From: an uncultured Gemmatimonadales bacterium
Lineage (GTDB): Bacteria > Gemmatimonadota > Gemmatimonadetes > Longimicrobiales > Longimicrobiaceae
NCBI GenBank assembly: GCA_963716255.1
Contig: OY970303.1
Location: 160,001 to 224,000, forward strand
DNA: 64,000 nt
Direction of reading: 5' to 3'
Position 1 is the first letter of the stretch, and each line of letters opens with the position of its first letter. The position numbers and the translations under genes were made by a program. Below, piece after piece: positions 29,437 through 39,794 of the stretch. The notes beneath the pieces were generated by a model that made no database searches, had not been told where the DNA came from, and was given only the letters and a program-made list of their open reading frames with translations.

Positions 29437-30420
29437 GTGCCCACGCTCGTCGTAGATCCCCGTAGCCCCGAGCCCGGGGCGATCCGCCGCGCCGCCGCCG
29501 TCCTGCTGCGGGGCGGCCTCGTCGCGTTCCCCACCGAGACCGTGTACGGGCTGGGGGCGAGCGCCCTGGACCCGGATGCCGTGGCGCGGATCTTCGCGGC
29601 CAAGGGGCGCCCCTCGTACAACCCGCTCATCGTGCACGTGGCGGACGCGGACGCGGCCCGCGCGCTCGCCGCGGAGTGGAGCGCCGCGGCGGAGCGCCTG
29701 GCGGAGCGCTTCTGGCCGGGACCGCTGACGCTGGTGGTCCCCCGCCGCGCGGAGGTGCCGGACGCGGTCACGGCGGGGCTCCCCGCCGTGGCGCTGCGCG
29801 TCCCCGCCCACCCGGTGGCGCACGCGCTGCTGCGCGAGGCCGGCATCCCCGTCGCCGCCCCCAGCGCCAACCGCTCCACCGAGGTGTCGCCCACCACCGC
29901 CGCGCACGTGGAGCGCAGCCTGGGCGGGCGCGTGGAGCTGATCCTGGACGGCGGCCCCACCCCGGTGGGGATCGAGTCCACCGTGGTCAGCCTCGCCGGC
30001 CGGCTTCCCACGCTGCTGCGCCCCGGGACCGTGTCCATCGAGGAATTGCGCGACGCGGTGGGCGAGGTGGTCCTCCCCACGGCAGGGCACGGGGGAGCGG
30101 CGGCGCGCCCGTCGCCGGGGATGCTGGACCGTCACTACGCCCCGCGGGCGGAGGTGCGGCTCTTCGACGCCGACGGCGCCGCGCTCCCGGGCGCGGTGGG
30201 CGGCCGGACGGCCGTGCTCCTGATCCGGGCCGGGGCGCACCCGCCGGGCGAGACCGTGCGCATGCCCGCCGACGCGCGGGAGTACGCGGCCCGGCTCTAC
30301 GCCACCCTGCACCGCCTGGACGACGAGGGGTTCGAGCGCATCCTCGTGGAGCTGCCCCCCGACACCCCGGAGTGGGCCGGCGTCCGCGACCGGCTGCGGC
30401 GCGCCGCGCACCCGGGGTAG
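29437..30420 (+). CDS. tsaC: L-threonylcarbamoyladenylate synthase (Sua5/TsaC2)
   Basis: VAFPTETVYGLG, KGRP-x-x-NPLIVH, APSAN, PGML-x-x-HYAP. Confidence 0.93.
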   Translation: MPTLVVDPRSPEPGAIRRAAAVLLRGGLVAFPTETVYGLGASALDPDAVARIFAAKGRPSYNPLIVHVADADAARALAAEWSAAAERLAERFWPGPLTLVVPRRAEVPDAVTAGLPAVALRVPAHPVAHALLREAGIPVAAPSANRSTEVSPTTAAHVERSLGGRVELILDGGPTPVGIESTVVSLAGRLPTLLRPGTVSIEELRDAVGEVVLPTAGHGGAAARPSPGMLDRHYAPRAEVRLFDADGAALPGAVGGRTAVLLIRAGAHPPGETVRMPADAREYAARLYATLHRLDDEGFERILVELPPDTPEWAGVRDRLRRAAHPG

Positions 30421-30654
30421 CCGCGCCGGAGGCCGTCCACGATTCAACGCGCGCGGCTTGACACCCGGCCCGCCGCGCCGTAGCTCTTTGTCCCTCGCCG
30501 GAACCATTCCGCTCCATCCCCGGATCGTGTCCTCGCCGTCCCCGTCGCCGGACACGCCGCGGCCGTACGCACCCCCATCCACCGCGCGGAGGCCACCCGA
30601 CCCGATTCCTCTGTAGGTCGCTGCACAGTCATTCCCCCCCACCCAGGAGGACGT

Positions 30655-33600
30655 GTGTCCTTGCGAAGGAACCTTGTCGGAACACTGAGCGCATTCGCGC
30701 TCCTCGCCGCCGCGGCGTCCCCGGCGCGCGCGCAGCAGGCGACGATCGCCGGGACCGTGACCGCGGAATCCACCGGACGGCCGGTCCCCGGCGTGCGCGT
30801 CGCCGCGGAGGGCTCCCGCGCCTCCGCCCAGACCGACAGCGCCGGCCGCTACACGCTCGCCGGGCTCTCGGGCGGCACCTACACGCTCGTCGCGCAGGCC
30901 GCCGGGTACGCCCCCGCGAGCCGCGGCGGCGTGCGCCTGGCCCCGGGCGGCTCGGCCACGGTGGACTTCCGGCTGCGCACGTCCGTGCTGGAGATCGAGG
31001 GGCTGGTGGTCACCGGCGTCACGGCGCCCACCGCGGGGACCAAGGTGCCCTTCGCGGTGGGCCGGGTGAGCGCCGCCAACCTGCCGGTTCCCACCACCGG
31101 CTCCGCGGCGACGGCGCTGCAGGGCAAGGTGTCCGGGGTGCAGGTGCTGCGCGGCAGCGGGCAGCCCGGCGGCGGCGAGGCGCGGGTGGTCCTGCGCAGC
31201 CCCACCAGCATCCGCAAGACGGTCGCCCCGCTGTACGTGGTGGATGGCGTGATCCTGGGCTCCAACCCCGCCGACATCGCCTCGCTGGACATCGAGAGCA
31301 TCGAGGTGGTCAAGGGAGCCGCCGCCGCATCGCTGTACGGCTCGCGCGCGGCGAACGGGGTGATCCAGATCCGCACCGCGCGCGGCAGCAACATCGAGAT
31401 GGGGAAGACGCGCATCACCGCCCGCACCGAGTTCGGGCAGAGCGAGATCGCGCGCATGATCCCGCTCAACCGGCACCACCACTACAACGTGGACCCGGTC
31501 ACGGGGCAGTACGTGGACGCCGCGGGCAGGGTGGTACCGCGCTCGCTGCGCTTCGCGCCCACGGTGGCCTTCGCGGACAAGGCGTTCCCGGACACGCTCC
31601 GCGACCCGGTGAACAGCTTCTTCCGCCCCGGCTCGCTGGTCAACAACACGGTGACGCTGGGGCAGAACACCGCCAGCACCAACTTCTTCTTGTCGTTCAA
31701 CTCCACCAACGAGACGGGCGTGCTCCGCGAGCACGACGGGTACGAGCGCTTCAGCGGCAAGCTCAACCTGGACCACCGGCTCCGCTCCGACCTGCAGCTG
31801 GGGGTGAGCGCGTACCACATGCGCTCCACGCGCGACGAGCTGACCGCGGGGACCTTCGAGGCGCTGGTGCAGATGTCCCCCGACGTGGACCTGCTGGCGC
31901 CCAACGCCAACGGGCAGCCGTACATCGTCCGGCCCGACCCGCTCACCACCCAGACCAACCCGCTGTACCTGAACCTCACCCGCGAGGAGGAGAACCGCCG
32001 CGCGCAGACCATGCTGGGCGGCGACCTGCGCTGGTCGCCGCTGGACTGGCTGTCGCTGGACGGCAACCTCAGCTACGACCGGCTGGAGGCGGACTACTCG
32101 TTCTACCTGCCGCTGGGGACGCTCACGGCCACCAGCGCTCCGTCCACCGGGTCGCTGACGCGCAGCCGCCCCATCAACGACGCCTTCAACGCCTCGGCGG
32201 GCGCGAGCCTGCAGCGGCAGTTCGGGAGCCTCACCACCCGGCTCACCGGCCGCGCCCTGGTGGAGCGCCAGACCTTCCGCGGCTTCTCCACCAGCACCAC
32301 CGGCCTGAAGCTGTTCGACGTGCCGCAGCTGCAGACCGGGAGCGCCCCCACCCCGCTCTCCAGCGACCAGGAGATCCGCTCCAACGGCTACTTCGTCACG
32401 CTGGGGACCGACTACGCGGGCCGCTACATCCTGGACGGGCTGGTACGGCGCGACGGCAGCTCGCTCTTCGGCGCCGAGGAGCGCTACAACACCTACTACC
32501 GCGTGAGCGGCGCCTACCGCATGGCCGAGGAGCCGTGGTGGCCGCTGGAGCAGGTGAACGAGTTCAAGCTGCGCTACTCGCGCGGCACCGCGGGGAACCG
32601 GCCCAGCTTCGGCGACAGGGACGCAATCCTTTCGCTGGGCGCGGACGGCGTGCTCAACAAGTCCACCCTGGGGAACCCGTTCCTCCGCCCGGAGCACTCC
32701 ACCGAGCAGGAGGCCGGGATCGACCTGGTGGCCTGGAACAACCTGTCGGTCCAGGTCACCTACGCCAGCAAGGTCTCCACCGACCAGCTGCACGCCATGC
32801 CCGTGGTGGCGGCGTACGGCTACCCCACCCAGTGGCGCAACGTGGGGACGCTGGAGGGGAGCACCCTGGAGGGGTCCGTCGAGGCGCAGATCATGGACCG
32901 CGCCAACTTCCGCTGGCGGGCCGGGCTGGTCGCCGACCGCTCGCGCTTCCGCATCACGGAGTGGAACGCGCCCTGTGTGCGGCTCGGCAACTCGTTCCTG
33001 TGCGAGGGCGAGCGCATGGGCTCCATCTACGGCATCAAGATCCTCAACCGCCACGGCGAGCTCCCGGCGCTGCACGCCAACTCGCACGGCGCGTTCGCCG
33101 TCAACGACGACGGCTGGCTGGTCCCGGTGGGCAACGGCGGGAGCCTGGCCGACGCGAAGTGGGGAACCACCGTGAGCATCGACGGCAGGAGCTACGCGTG
33201 GGGGATGCCGCTGGACCTGATGCGCGACGACGGCACCGCGTTCGGGGCCAAGCAGATCGGCGACGGCAACCCCGACTTCCACGTGGGCTTCACCAACACG
33301 CTGAGCTGGCGGGGGCTGACGCTGTACACGCTGCTGGACAGCGAGGGGGGGATGGACCTGTACAACGACACCCGCTCGGCCATGTACAACCCGGCGCTCG
33401 GCGTCCGCCACGGCGACGGCGACCAGAGCGGCAAGGCGCCGGAGGACAAGAAGCCGGTGTCGTACTACTCCACGCTGTACCACGGCTTCGCCACCACCAG
33501 CGCGTTCATCGAGGACGGCACGTACCTCAAGCTGCGCGAGGTGGCGCTGCGGTACGACGTGGGCGGGGCGGGATCGCGGGCGCTGCGCCACTTCGGGGTG

Positions 33601-33768
33601 CAGGGAGCCTCCCTGAGCCTGATCGGGCGCAACCTGCTGACCTGGACCCGCTACACCGGGTTCGACCCCGAGGTGGGCCAGCAGTACAACGGCGACTACA
33701 GCCGCATCGACACCTTCGGGTACCCGAACTACCGCACCTACACCGCGGCGATCGAGCTGCAGTTCTGA
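30655..33768 (+). CDS. SusC/RagA-type TonB-linked outer-membrane protein (pair 1)
   Basis: PLYVVDG, DIESIEVVKGAAAASLYGSRAANGVI, RRDGSSLFG, YLKLREV, YP-x-x-RT...F. Confidence 0.93.
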   Translation: MSLRRNLVGTLSAFALLAAAASPARAQQATIAGTVTAESTGRPVPGVRVAAEGSRASAQTDSAGRYTLAGLSGGTYTLVAQAAGYAPASRGGVRLAPGGSATVDFRLRTSVLEIEGLVVTGVTAPTAGTKVPFAVGRVSAANLPVPTTGSAATALQGKVSGVQVLRGSGQPGGGEARVVLRSPTSIRKTVAPLYVVDGVILGSNPADIASLDIESIEVVKGAAAASLYGSRAANGVIQIRTARGSNIEMGKTRITARTEFGQSEIARMIPLNRHHHYNVDPVTGQYVDAAGRVVPRSLRFAPTVAFADKAFPDTLRDPVNSFFRPGSLVNNTVTLGQNTASTNFFLSFNSTNETGVLREHDGYERFSGKLNLDHRLRSDLQLGVSAYHMRSTRDELTAGTFEALVQMSPDVDLLAPNANGQPYIVRPDPLTTQTNPLYLNLTREEENRRAQTMLGGDLRWSPLDWLSLDGNLSYDRLEADYSFYLPLGTLTATSAPSTGSLTRSRPINDAFNASAGASLQRQFGSLTTRLTGRALVERQTFRGFSTSTTGLKLFDVPQLQTGSAPTPLSSDQEIRSNGYFVTLGTDYAGRYILDGLVRRDGSSLFGAEERYNTYYRVSGAYRMAEEPWWPLEQVNEFKLRYSRGTAGNRPSFGDRDAILSLGADGVLNKSTLGNPFLRPEHSTEQEAGIDLVAWNNLSVQVTYASKVSTDQLHAMPVVAAYGYPTQWRNVGTLEGSTLEGSVEAQIMDRANFRWRAGLVADRSRFRITEWNAPCVRLGNSFLCEGERMGSIYGIKILNRHGELPALHANSHGAFAVNDDGWLVPVGNGGSLADAKWGTTVSIDGRSYAWGMPLDLMRDDGTAFGAKQIGDGNPDFHVGFTNTLSWRGLTLYTLLDSEGGMDLYNDTRSAMYNPALGVRHGDGDQSGKAPEDKKPVSYYSTLYHGFATTSAFIEDGTYLKLREVALRYDVGGAGSRALRHFGVQGASLSLIGRNLLTWTRYTGFDPEVGQQYNGDYSRIDTFGYPNYRTYTAAIELQF

Positions 33769-33788
33769 CCCCACGCCCTGGACACACG

Positions 33789-35393
33789 ATGCACATGAGA
33801 CGCATATCGCTCCTCTGCGCCGCGGGCGCGGTCCTGGCGGCCGCCGGCTGCCAGGACCTGGAGGTCACCAACCCCAACGACCCCGAGATCGGGACGGTCC
33901 TCGCCAACGGCGACGCCCTCCAGGCGTACCTCGCGGGCAACTTCCGCAACCTGTGGAGCACGCTCCAGGGGGTGAGGCCCGGCTTCCCCGCCACCACGGC
34001 GGCCGACCAGCTCTCGGGCGTCACCACCTCGTACGCCAACCCCGAGCTTTCCAACGAGCCGCGGGTGGAGCTCCCCAACAACAACAACGTCACCGTCACC
34101 CGCAACGTCCACCGGGAGATGTGGCTGGACCTGTACCGCACCATCTCCATCTCCAACGACGTGCTGCGGGCCATGGACGGCAACCCGCAGCTCCAGGTGG
34201 GCGTCGGCAACGCGGACGCGCCGCGGGCCCGGGCGTACGCCAAGTTCCTACAGGGCGTGGCGCACGGCTACGTGGCCATGTACTACGACCAGGGGTGGAT
34301 CATCGACGAGAAGGTGGCGCTCCCCGCCGACGTGTCGCAGTTCGGCACCGCGGTGCCGCTGCAGCCGCGCGAGGCGGTGCTGGCGGCCTCGGTGGCGCAG
34401 CTCAAGGAGGCCATCGCCCTGTCGCAGACCTCCTTCACCCTCCCCACCACGTGGGTCCCGGGGACCGCGATCAACAACGTGGAGCTGGCCCGGCTGGCCA
34501 ACACCTACATCGCGCGCTTCACCGTGTACGCCGCGCGCAGGCCCTCCGAGCGAAAGGCGACGCCGTGGGCGACGGTGCTCCAGCACCTGGACGCCGGGAT
34601 CGCCCCGGAGGCGGAGAGCAACGCCGTCCGCCACGACTTCGCCCCGGTAGCGGACCCCGCGGCCTCGTTCGCCAGCGCCTTCAAGCAGAACGCGCAGACC
34701 GAATCGCTGCTGCGCGCGGACTACAAGCTGATCGGCCCGGCGGACACCACCGGCGCCTACCAGGCCTGGATCGCCAAGACCCCGGCGACGCGCACGCCGT
34801 TCATCGTCTTCACCCCGGACAAGCGCATCGCCGCCCGGGACAGCACCAACGGCACCTACTTCTCCTTCCGGCGGGTGCAGTCGTTCGCGTCCACGCTGGG
34901 CACGTACCACCAGTCGTTCTACTTCCTGAACCGCTTCAACAACGCTTCGGGGAGCGCGCGCAGCTGGGAGACGGGCCCGCAGCCGGTGGTCACCCGCGCG
35001 GAGCTGGACCTGATCCGCGCCGAGGCGTACCTGAACACCGGCGACCCGGCCCGCGCCGCCGAGCTGATCAACCGCACCCGCGTGCGCAACGGCGGGCTCC
35101 CCCCGGTGACCGCGGCGGGGGTGCCCGCGGGGCGCGCGTGCGTCCCCAGGACCCAGCGGGGCGACTGCGGGTCGCTGTTCGACGCGCTGCGCTACGAGAA
35201 GCGCATGGAGACGGCGGGCGTGGAGGGGAGCACCGCGTACTGGGACGCGCGGGGCTGGGGGACGCTCCTGGTCGGCACGCCGGTGCACTTCCCGGTGCCC
35301 TGGCGCGAGCTGGAGCTGATCGGCGCCCCCCTCTACACCTTCGGCGGGGGCGGGCCGGGGAGCGTCACGGCCGCCGACACCATCCCGCAGTAG
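33789..35393 (+). CDS. SusD/RagB-like lipoprotein (pair 1)
   Basis: Lipobox AAGC-QDLEVTNPN; AE-x-DLIRAEA, LRYEKRME, HFPVP-x-x-EL; follows SusC. Confidence 0.85.
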   Translation: MHMRRISLLCAAGAVLAAAGCQDLEVTNPNDPEIGTVLANGDALQAYLAGNFRNLWSTLQGVRPGFPATTAADQLSGVTTSYANPELSNEPRVELPNNNNVTVTRNVHREMWLDLYRTISISNDVLRAMDGNPQLQVGVGNADAPRARAYAKFLQGVAHGYVAMYYDQGWIIDEKVALPADVSQFGTAVPLQPREAVLAASVAQLKEAIALSQTSFTLPTTWVPGTAINNVELARLANTYIARFTVYAARRPSERKATPWATVLQHLDAGIAPEAESNAVRHDFAPVADPAASFASAFKQNAQTESLLRADYKLIGPADTTGAYQAWIAKTPATRTPFIVFTPDKRIAARDSTNGTYFSFRRVQSFASTLGTYHQSFYFLNRFNNASGSARSWETGPQPVVTRAELDLIRAEAYLNTGDPARAAELINRTRVRNGGLPPVTAAGVPAGRACVPRTQRGDCGSLFDALRYEKRMETAGVEGSTAYWDARGWGTLLVGTPVHFPVPWRELELIGAPLYTFGGGGPGSVTAADTIPQ

Positions 35394-35412
35394 CCGGCCG
35401 GCCACAGCGCGG

Positions 35413-35454
35413 AAAAGGAACGGCCGCCTCCTCGCGGGGGCGGCCGTTCCTTTT
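35413..35454. terminator. Bidirectional terminator
   Basis: AAAAGGAACGGCCGCC...GGCGGCCGTTCCTTTT. Confidence 0.8.
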
Positions 35455-35469
35455 CGCTTCGCGGGTCGA

Positions 35470-36702
35470 CTAGCTGCCCCGCAGCCGTTTCTCCAGCCTG
35501 AACACCTGCACGTACTCCACACCCAGCTCGTCCTGCGCAACGCCGAGCACGTAGTCCTCCCCGATGTCCGTCGGGCCGAAGCGCGCCGGCATGGCGACCC
35601 CGCCGAGCATTCTCCCGCCCGGGTCGAACACAGTCCACGTCGCGGAACCCTCCATGGGCACGGCGAAGTCCCTCACCCAGAGGTTGCCGCCGCGGTCCGC
35701 GACCAGCGCCGAGTAGAACGGCAGCGTCGCGGGGCGCGGCATCGCCGTGTACACGGCTTCCATCCTCCCGCGCCACTCGCGGCCCATCCCCTCCAGGCTC
35801 GCCTCAACGGCGGCCGCGTAGTCCGCCGCCGTGGCGGGGCGTGGGTCCATTTCCCGGCGGACCCGCCGCTCCAGCCTGCCGTCGAGGGAGTAGACGCCCA
35901 GCTCGTAGGCGCGGTTGGAGCCGACGACCAGCCGCCCCCCTGCAAGGCCGCTCACGGCGTTCTTCCCGAGCAGCAGCGGGGCGGTCGTGAATCCCACCTT
36001 CCCAACGCCGCCCATCACGAACGATTCCCCGCCCGGCAGCACCGCCACCGTGTCGAGCAGGACCCCCGCAGCGGAGTAGCGCAGGTAGTCGATGGAATCC
36101 GCGCGGACGCCCCCGGCAATCTCACCGGGGCCGAACGAGTGCCCCACCGCCACGAGCATCGACCCGTCGGCCAGGCGGCCGAGGAGCTGCGGCGGTGGGA
36201 ACACCGCGTCCGGGAGGTCGAGGAGGCTCACGGATCGGGCGAAGGCGCCCTCCGGGGCGAAGACCGAGATGCGCCGCAGCGTCCAATCGAAAACCAGGAG
36301 CGAGTCGCCCGGCAGGAGCCGGAGCGAGGCCAGCTCCTCGAATTCCCCAGGACCCCCACCCTGTCGCCCGCTGGACCGGAGGAACCTGCCGGCGGCATCG
36401 TAGAAGCGGAGGGCGCGGAGCCCCGCGTCGGCCACGACGATTCCTCCATCGGAGCGGCGGACGGCGCCGATCACGAGTTCGAGCTGGTACTCCGGGGCCC
36501 CTTCCAGCTCCCCGATTCGGAGGACCGGCTCGGTGGAGAGGCGCCAGCCCTCCCCCTCGCGCCACGCGGGTGCCTCGCTCGTGACGACCCGCACCCCCGC
36601 GCTGTCACGCGCCTCCGCGGCCCCGGCGCTCCCACGCGTGTCCCCGCACGCGGCCAGGAGAAGCAGCAACGCCAGTGCGCCCGCGTTGGAGGTCTTGCTC
36701 AT
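35470..36702 (-). CDS. 6-bladed beta-propeller lipoprotein
   Basis: Lipobox LAAC; GRQGGGPGEF, D-x-x-GNLWV, WTVFDPGGRMLG, DELGVEYV. Confidence 0.8.
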   Translation of the reverse strand: MSKTSNAGALALLLLLAACGDTRGSAGAAEARDSAGVRVVTSEAPAWREGEGWRLSTEPVLRIGELEGAPEYQLELVIGAVRRSDGGIVVADAGLRALRFYDAAGRFLRSSGRQGGGPGEFEELASLRLLPGDSLLVFDWTLRRISVFAPEGAFARSVSLLDLPDAVFPPPQLLGRLADGSMLVAVGHSFGPGEIAGGVRADSIDYLRYSAAGVLLDTVAVLPGGESFVMGGVGKVGFTTAPLLLGKNAVSGLAGGRLVVGSNRAYELGVYSLDGRLERRVRREMDPRPATAADYAAAVEASLEGMGREWRGRMEAVYTAMPRPATLPFYSALVADRGGNLWVRDFAVPMEGSATWTVFDPGGRMLGGVAMPARFGPTDIGEDYVLGVAQDELGVEYVQVFRLEKRLRGS

Positions 36703-36812
36703 GGGTTCTCGGTTGAAGGTTCGAGCAACCCAATTCCACCGAAACAAAATCGCCTCATCGATTGCTGAGGTTGCAGGATGGTGCGGTGTTGGAAAGGACC
36801 CCAACAGAAGCG

Positions 36813-37334
36813 TCAGATCGGGCGTTCAGGAGTCGTGTCGCTGACAGAGGAGGTGCCAAGTTCCCTCAACAACCTTCGGGCATGCTCCGCAGATTGGATT
36901 TGGTTAAAGGGTGCAATGAACCGGACCCGGTCTGACGCATCGGATATCACGATGATGGGAGTGGTGGTATAGCCGAGAGTCCGAAGGGCCGCGGCTGCCC
37001 TCGGTGACGCCTGCGAGACGATGGGAAAGGCTGCATTCATTTTCCTGGAGACCGCAGTAGCGGCAACTGGCTCCCTCGACAGAACGACGCCGCGCACCGA
37101 CGCAAGCCCCTGCCTGGCAACCTCGTTCCAGATTCGCAGCCTCGTAATTTGGGCATCGCAGTCTTCGGGCTGCAGCAACAGAGTCACGAGCAGGCCAGGG
37201 GTCATGCCCCGGTCCAGTGAACCAGCATGAATTGTCGTCAGAACAGGGCGACTGTTTCCCCTTCTGGCATTCAGCGTCCAACCTGCGATGGCGGCCAGGA
37301 CGACGTAGCAGCTCCCGATGAGCACCGTCCTCAC
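36813..37334 (-). CDS. Membrane-anchored thioredoxin-fold protein with degenerate CxxC
   Basis: N-terminal TM; LLLQPEDCDAQ; LGYTTTPIIVISD (cis-Pro loop position). Confidence 0.6.
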   Translation of the reverse strand: MRTVLIGSCYVVLAAIAGWTLNARRGNSRPVLTTIHAGSLDRGMTPGLLVTLLLQPEDCDAQITRLRIWNEVARQGLASVRGVVLSREPVAATAVSRKMNAAFPIVSQASPRAAAALRTLGYTTTPIIVISDASDRVRFIAPFNQIQSAEHARRLLRELGTSSVSDTTPERPI

Positions 37335-37752
37335 CTTGGCGGCTTGGTCTTACGTCAATTTCGGCATGTGAATGGGATTTCCGCGCTCGGGTTGGAGCTC
37401 GAGTCTGAGCGGAGCCGACAGGCTGCTTGTCCATGATGGAAAACCCTTGCATGACCCTCTCATGGACGGGTGGGAACGTGGTCGTCCGTGCAATGGTGGG
37501 AGCACAGACCGTGTCGAAGTCCGGCGGGGCGCCCACCAACCGACCCTCCCGCAATTCATTTCCAGCGTGTTGTGATTCTCGTCAAGCAGATCGGCAGTGT
37601 GACGATGTTGGGTGTTGATCGGGGGCAGTGGCGTCCGCGTCCCGTGGTTCGACATCGCCTGGCTTGCGCAACAACCGACTTGACGTCAGCGCCTAGGCGC
37701 GACGTTCACCTCACGCACCTTGTTGCTTCACGACGAAGTATCCCCGGAGCCA

Positions 37753-37968
37753 TCACCCCGACTGCTCGCCTTCGACCCAATAGCCATAATTGCAGATGTA
37801 ATTCCCCAGGTCCATGTTCATATACGTCAGGGTGCACCTCGTATTCGTACAGAAGTCCGTTCTGCAGGATCCAGCCGCCAGAGCCGTGTTCGGTGTGGAT
37901 AGTTCGACCAAGCCGACCACGATCACCCCGGCAAGTAGAAATCTTAGATGATCTTTCCAGGAAAGCAT
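37753..37968 (-). CDS. Small secreted Cys-rich peptide (71 aa)
   Basis: RBS GAGGTGG before ATG 37968; signal peptide ending ALA-A; mature part ~40 aa with 4 Cys. Confidence 0.6.
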   Translation of the reverse strand: MLSWKDHLRFLLAGVIVVGLVELSTPNTALAAGSCRTDFCTNTRCTLTYMNMDLGNYICNYGYWVEGEQSG

Positions 37969-38450
37969 CACACCACCTCGCTTATGGAGGATGATAGGGG
38001 TCGACTGAGCACTGCCAAGGTATACGGACACCACGCCGTCGTATCCCCGTGCTATTTACGCGGCTAATCAATTTGCATTGTCACCGCCAACCTCCTTGCC
38101 TGCACATCAAACCCAAAGTCGGGGCTCCGATCAGATCGTCACCGCCACGAAGTGAGACTAGCAGAGGCGCCGCGTCACGCGCCAAGGCTCAGGACGCGAC
38201 TGACCACGATAGCGCGGGCACGGCAGGGCGGTAAGCAATCGCTCGAACTATAATAATGTCTGTTCATCAAAGCCGTGCACCAGGGGCGCACCGGGCAGCG
38301 TAGTGACCCGCCGGCACTTTCAACAAGATTGCGGCAATCCCCTGCGTCCCCTGTTCCAGCACCCTGATCATCCCATGTCGGGCCGGGTGTTCCCAACCGC
38401 CCCAAGATTCGGTAAGTTTCGGGCTCACATCACCCTCTGCCGCCTGAAGC

Positions 38451-39794
38451 ATGCAGACACGTACCGAGCTGATCGAGGGGCTGCTCGCGCGGTTCCCGCA
38501 CATCCCCCGCGAGGCGGTCTTCAAGGAAGACCTGCTGCGCACCGGGATCGCCTTCGACGACTCCGCCCTCACGGACAACCTGGAGGGCGAGGTCAAGCCG
38601 AAGTCCTACTTCATCTTCAGCTTCGACCAGAAGCCGCTGCGCGAGCTGGGGCAGGCCCGGCTGCGCCGCCCGCCCGAGGAGGTCGCGCTCACCGGCGGGC
38701 CGCACGCGCTGCGCCGCACCATCGTTTCCGTGCGCACCAACCCCGATTCGCCGTACCGGGTGTCGCGCGGCGAGGACGGGGGGCTCACGCTGTCGCTGGA
38801 CGGGAGCCTGCTCGCGGACGTGGGGCTGCCTCCCATGCCGGAGTACTACCGGCACGCGCTCGCCAACGGAAAGACGGTGATGGAAACGGCGCCCACCATC
38901 CAGTGGGGCTACCTGATCTACCTCACCGTGCTCCGGCTCTGCCAGTACTTCGGCGCCAAGGAGGAGTGCCAGTACTGCGACATCAACCACAACTGGCGCC
39001 AGCACAAGCAGGAGGGCCGCCCCTACACCGGGGTCAAGCCGGTGGAGGACGTGCTGGAGGCGCTGGCGATCATCGACCGCTACGACACCGGGCGCACCTC
39101 GCACGCCTACACCCTCACCGGCGGGAGCGTGACCTCGCGGGTGGACGGGCTGGAGGAGGCCGACTTCTACGGGCGCTACGCCCAGGCCATCGAGGAGCGC
39201 TTCCCGGGGCGCTGGATCGGCAAGGTGGTGGCGCAGGCGCTCCCCAAAGCCGACGTGCAGCGCTTCAAGGACTACGGCATCAAGATCTACCACCCCAACT
39301 ACGAGGTGTGGGACAAGCGCCTGTTCGAGCTCACCTGCCCGGGCAAGGAGCGCTACGTGGGGCGCGAGGAGTGGCACCGCCGCATCCTGGACGCCGCCGA
39401 GATCTTCGGGCCCCGCTACGTGATCCCCAACTTCGTGGCCGGCGTGGAGATGGCGCGGCCGTACGGCTTCGCCACCGTGGACGAGGCCATCGCCTCCACC
39501 ACCGAGGGGCTGGAATACTTCATGTCGCGCGGGGTGACGCCGCGCTTCACCACCTGGTGCCCGGAGCCGGCCACCCCGCTGGGCCGCGACAACCCGCAGG
39601 GGGCGCCGCTGGAGTACCACATCCGCCTGCTGGAGGCGTACCGCGAGACGCTGGACAAGCACGGCCTGCAGCCGCCGCCGGGGTACGGGCCCCCGGGCCC
39701 CGGCAACGCCGTGTTCTCCGTGAGCTCGTTCATGGACACGATGGCGCCCGTCCCGGAGAACGCGGACGAGCTGATGGCGGTGGGGGCGGACTGA
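38451..39794 (+). CDS. Radical SAM protein of unknown function (CX8CX2C)
   Basis: CQYFGAKEECQYC, LTGG, NYEVWD...CPGK. Confidence 0.87.
   Translation: MQTRTELIEGLLARFPHIPREAVFKEDLLRTGIAFDDSALTDNLEGEVKPKSYFIFSFDQKPLRELGQARLRRPPEEVALTGGPHALRRTIVSVRTNPDSPYRVSRGEDGGLTLSLDGSLLADVGLPPMPEYYRHALANGKTVMETAPTIQWGYLIYLTVLRLCQYFGAKEECQYCDINHNWRQHKQEGRPYTGVKPVEDVLEALAIIDRYDTGRTSHAYTLTGGSVTSRVDGLEEADFYGRYAQAIEERFPGRWIGKVVAQALPKADVQRFKDYGIKIYHPNYEVWDKRLFELTCPGKERYVGREEWHRRILDAAEIFGPRYVIPNFVAGVEMARPYGFATVDEAIASTTEGLEYFMSRGVTPRFTTWCPEPATPLGRDNPQGAPLEYHIRLLEAYRETLDKHGLQPPPGYGPPGPGNAVFSVSSFMDTMAPVPENADELMAVGAD

Noticed and set aside
29284..33774. Very long antisense ORFs (also 39884-42862, 56712-59942, 19963-22578 and the 5' part of 49054-52935)
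   Set aside because: Shadows of real high-GC genes; stop codons are rare in the antisense frame and no protein motifs are present
37350..37655. 101-aa ORF between the peptide and the Trx-like gene
   Set aside because: No recognisable motif, RBS or codon bias; cannot be supported
37753..39794. Peptide plus radical SAM as a RiPP (sacti/ranthipeptide) cluster
   Set aside because: Genes are divergent with different GC, the peptide has a Sec signal instead of a leader, the enzyme lacks SPASM cysteines, and there is no dedicated transporter or protease
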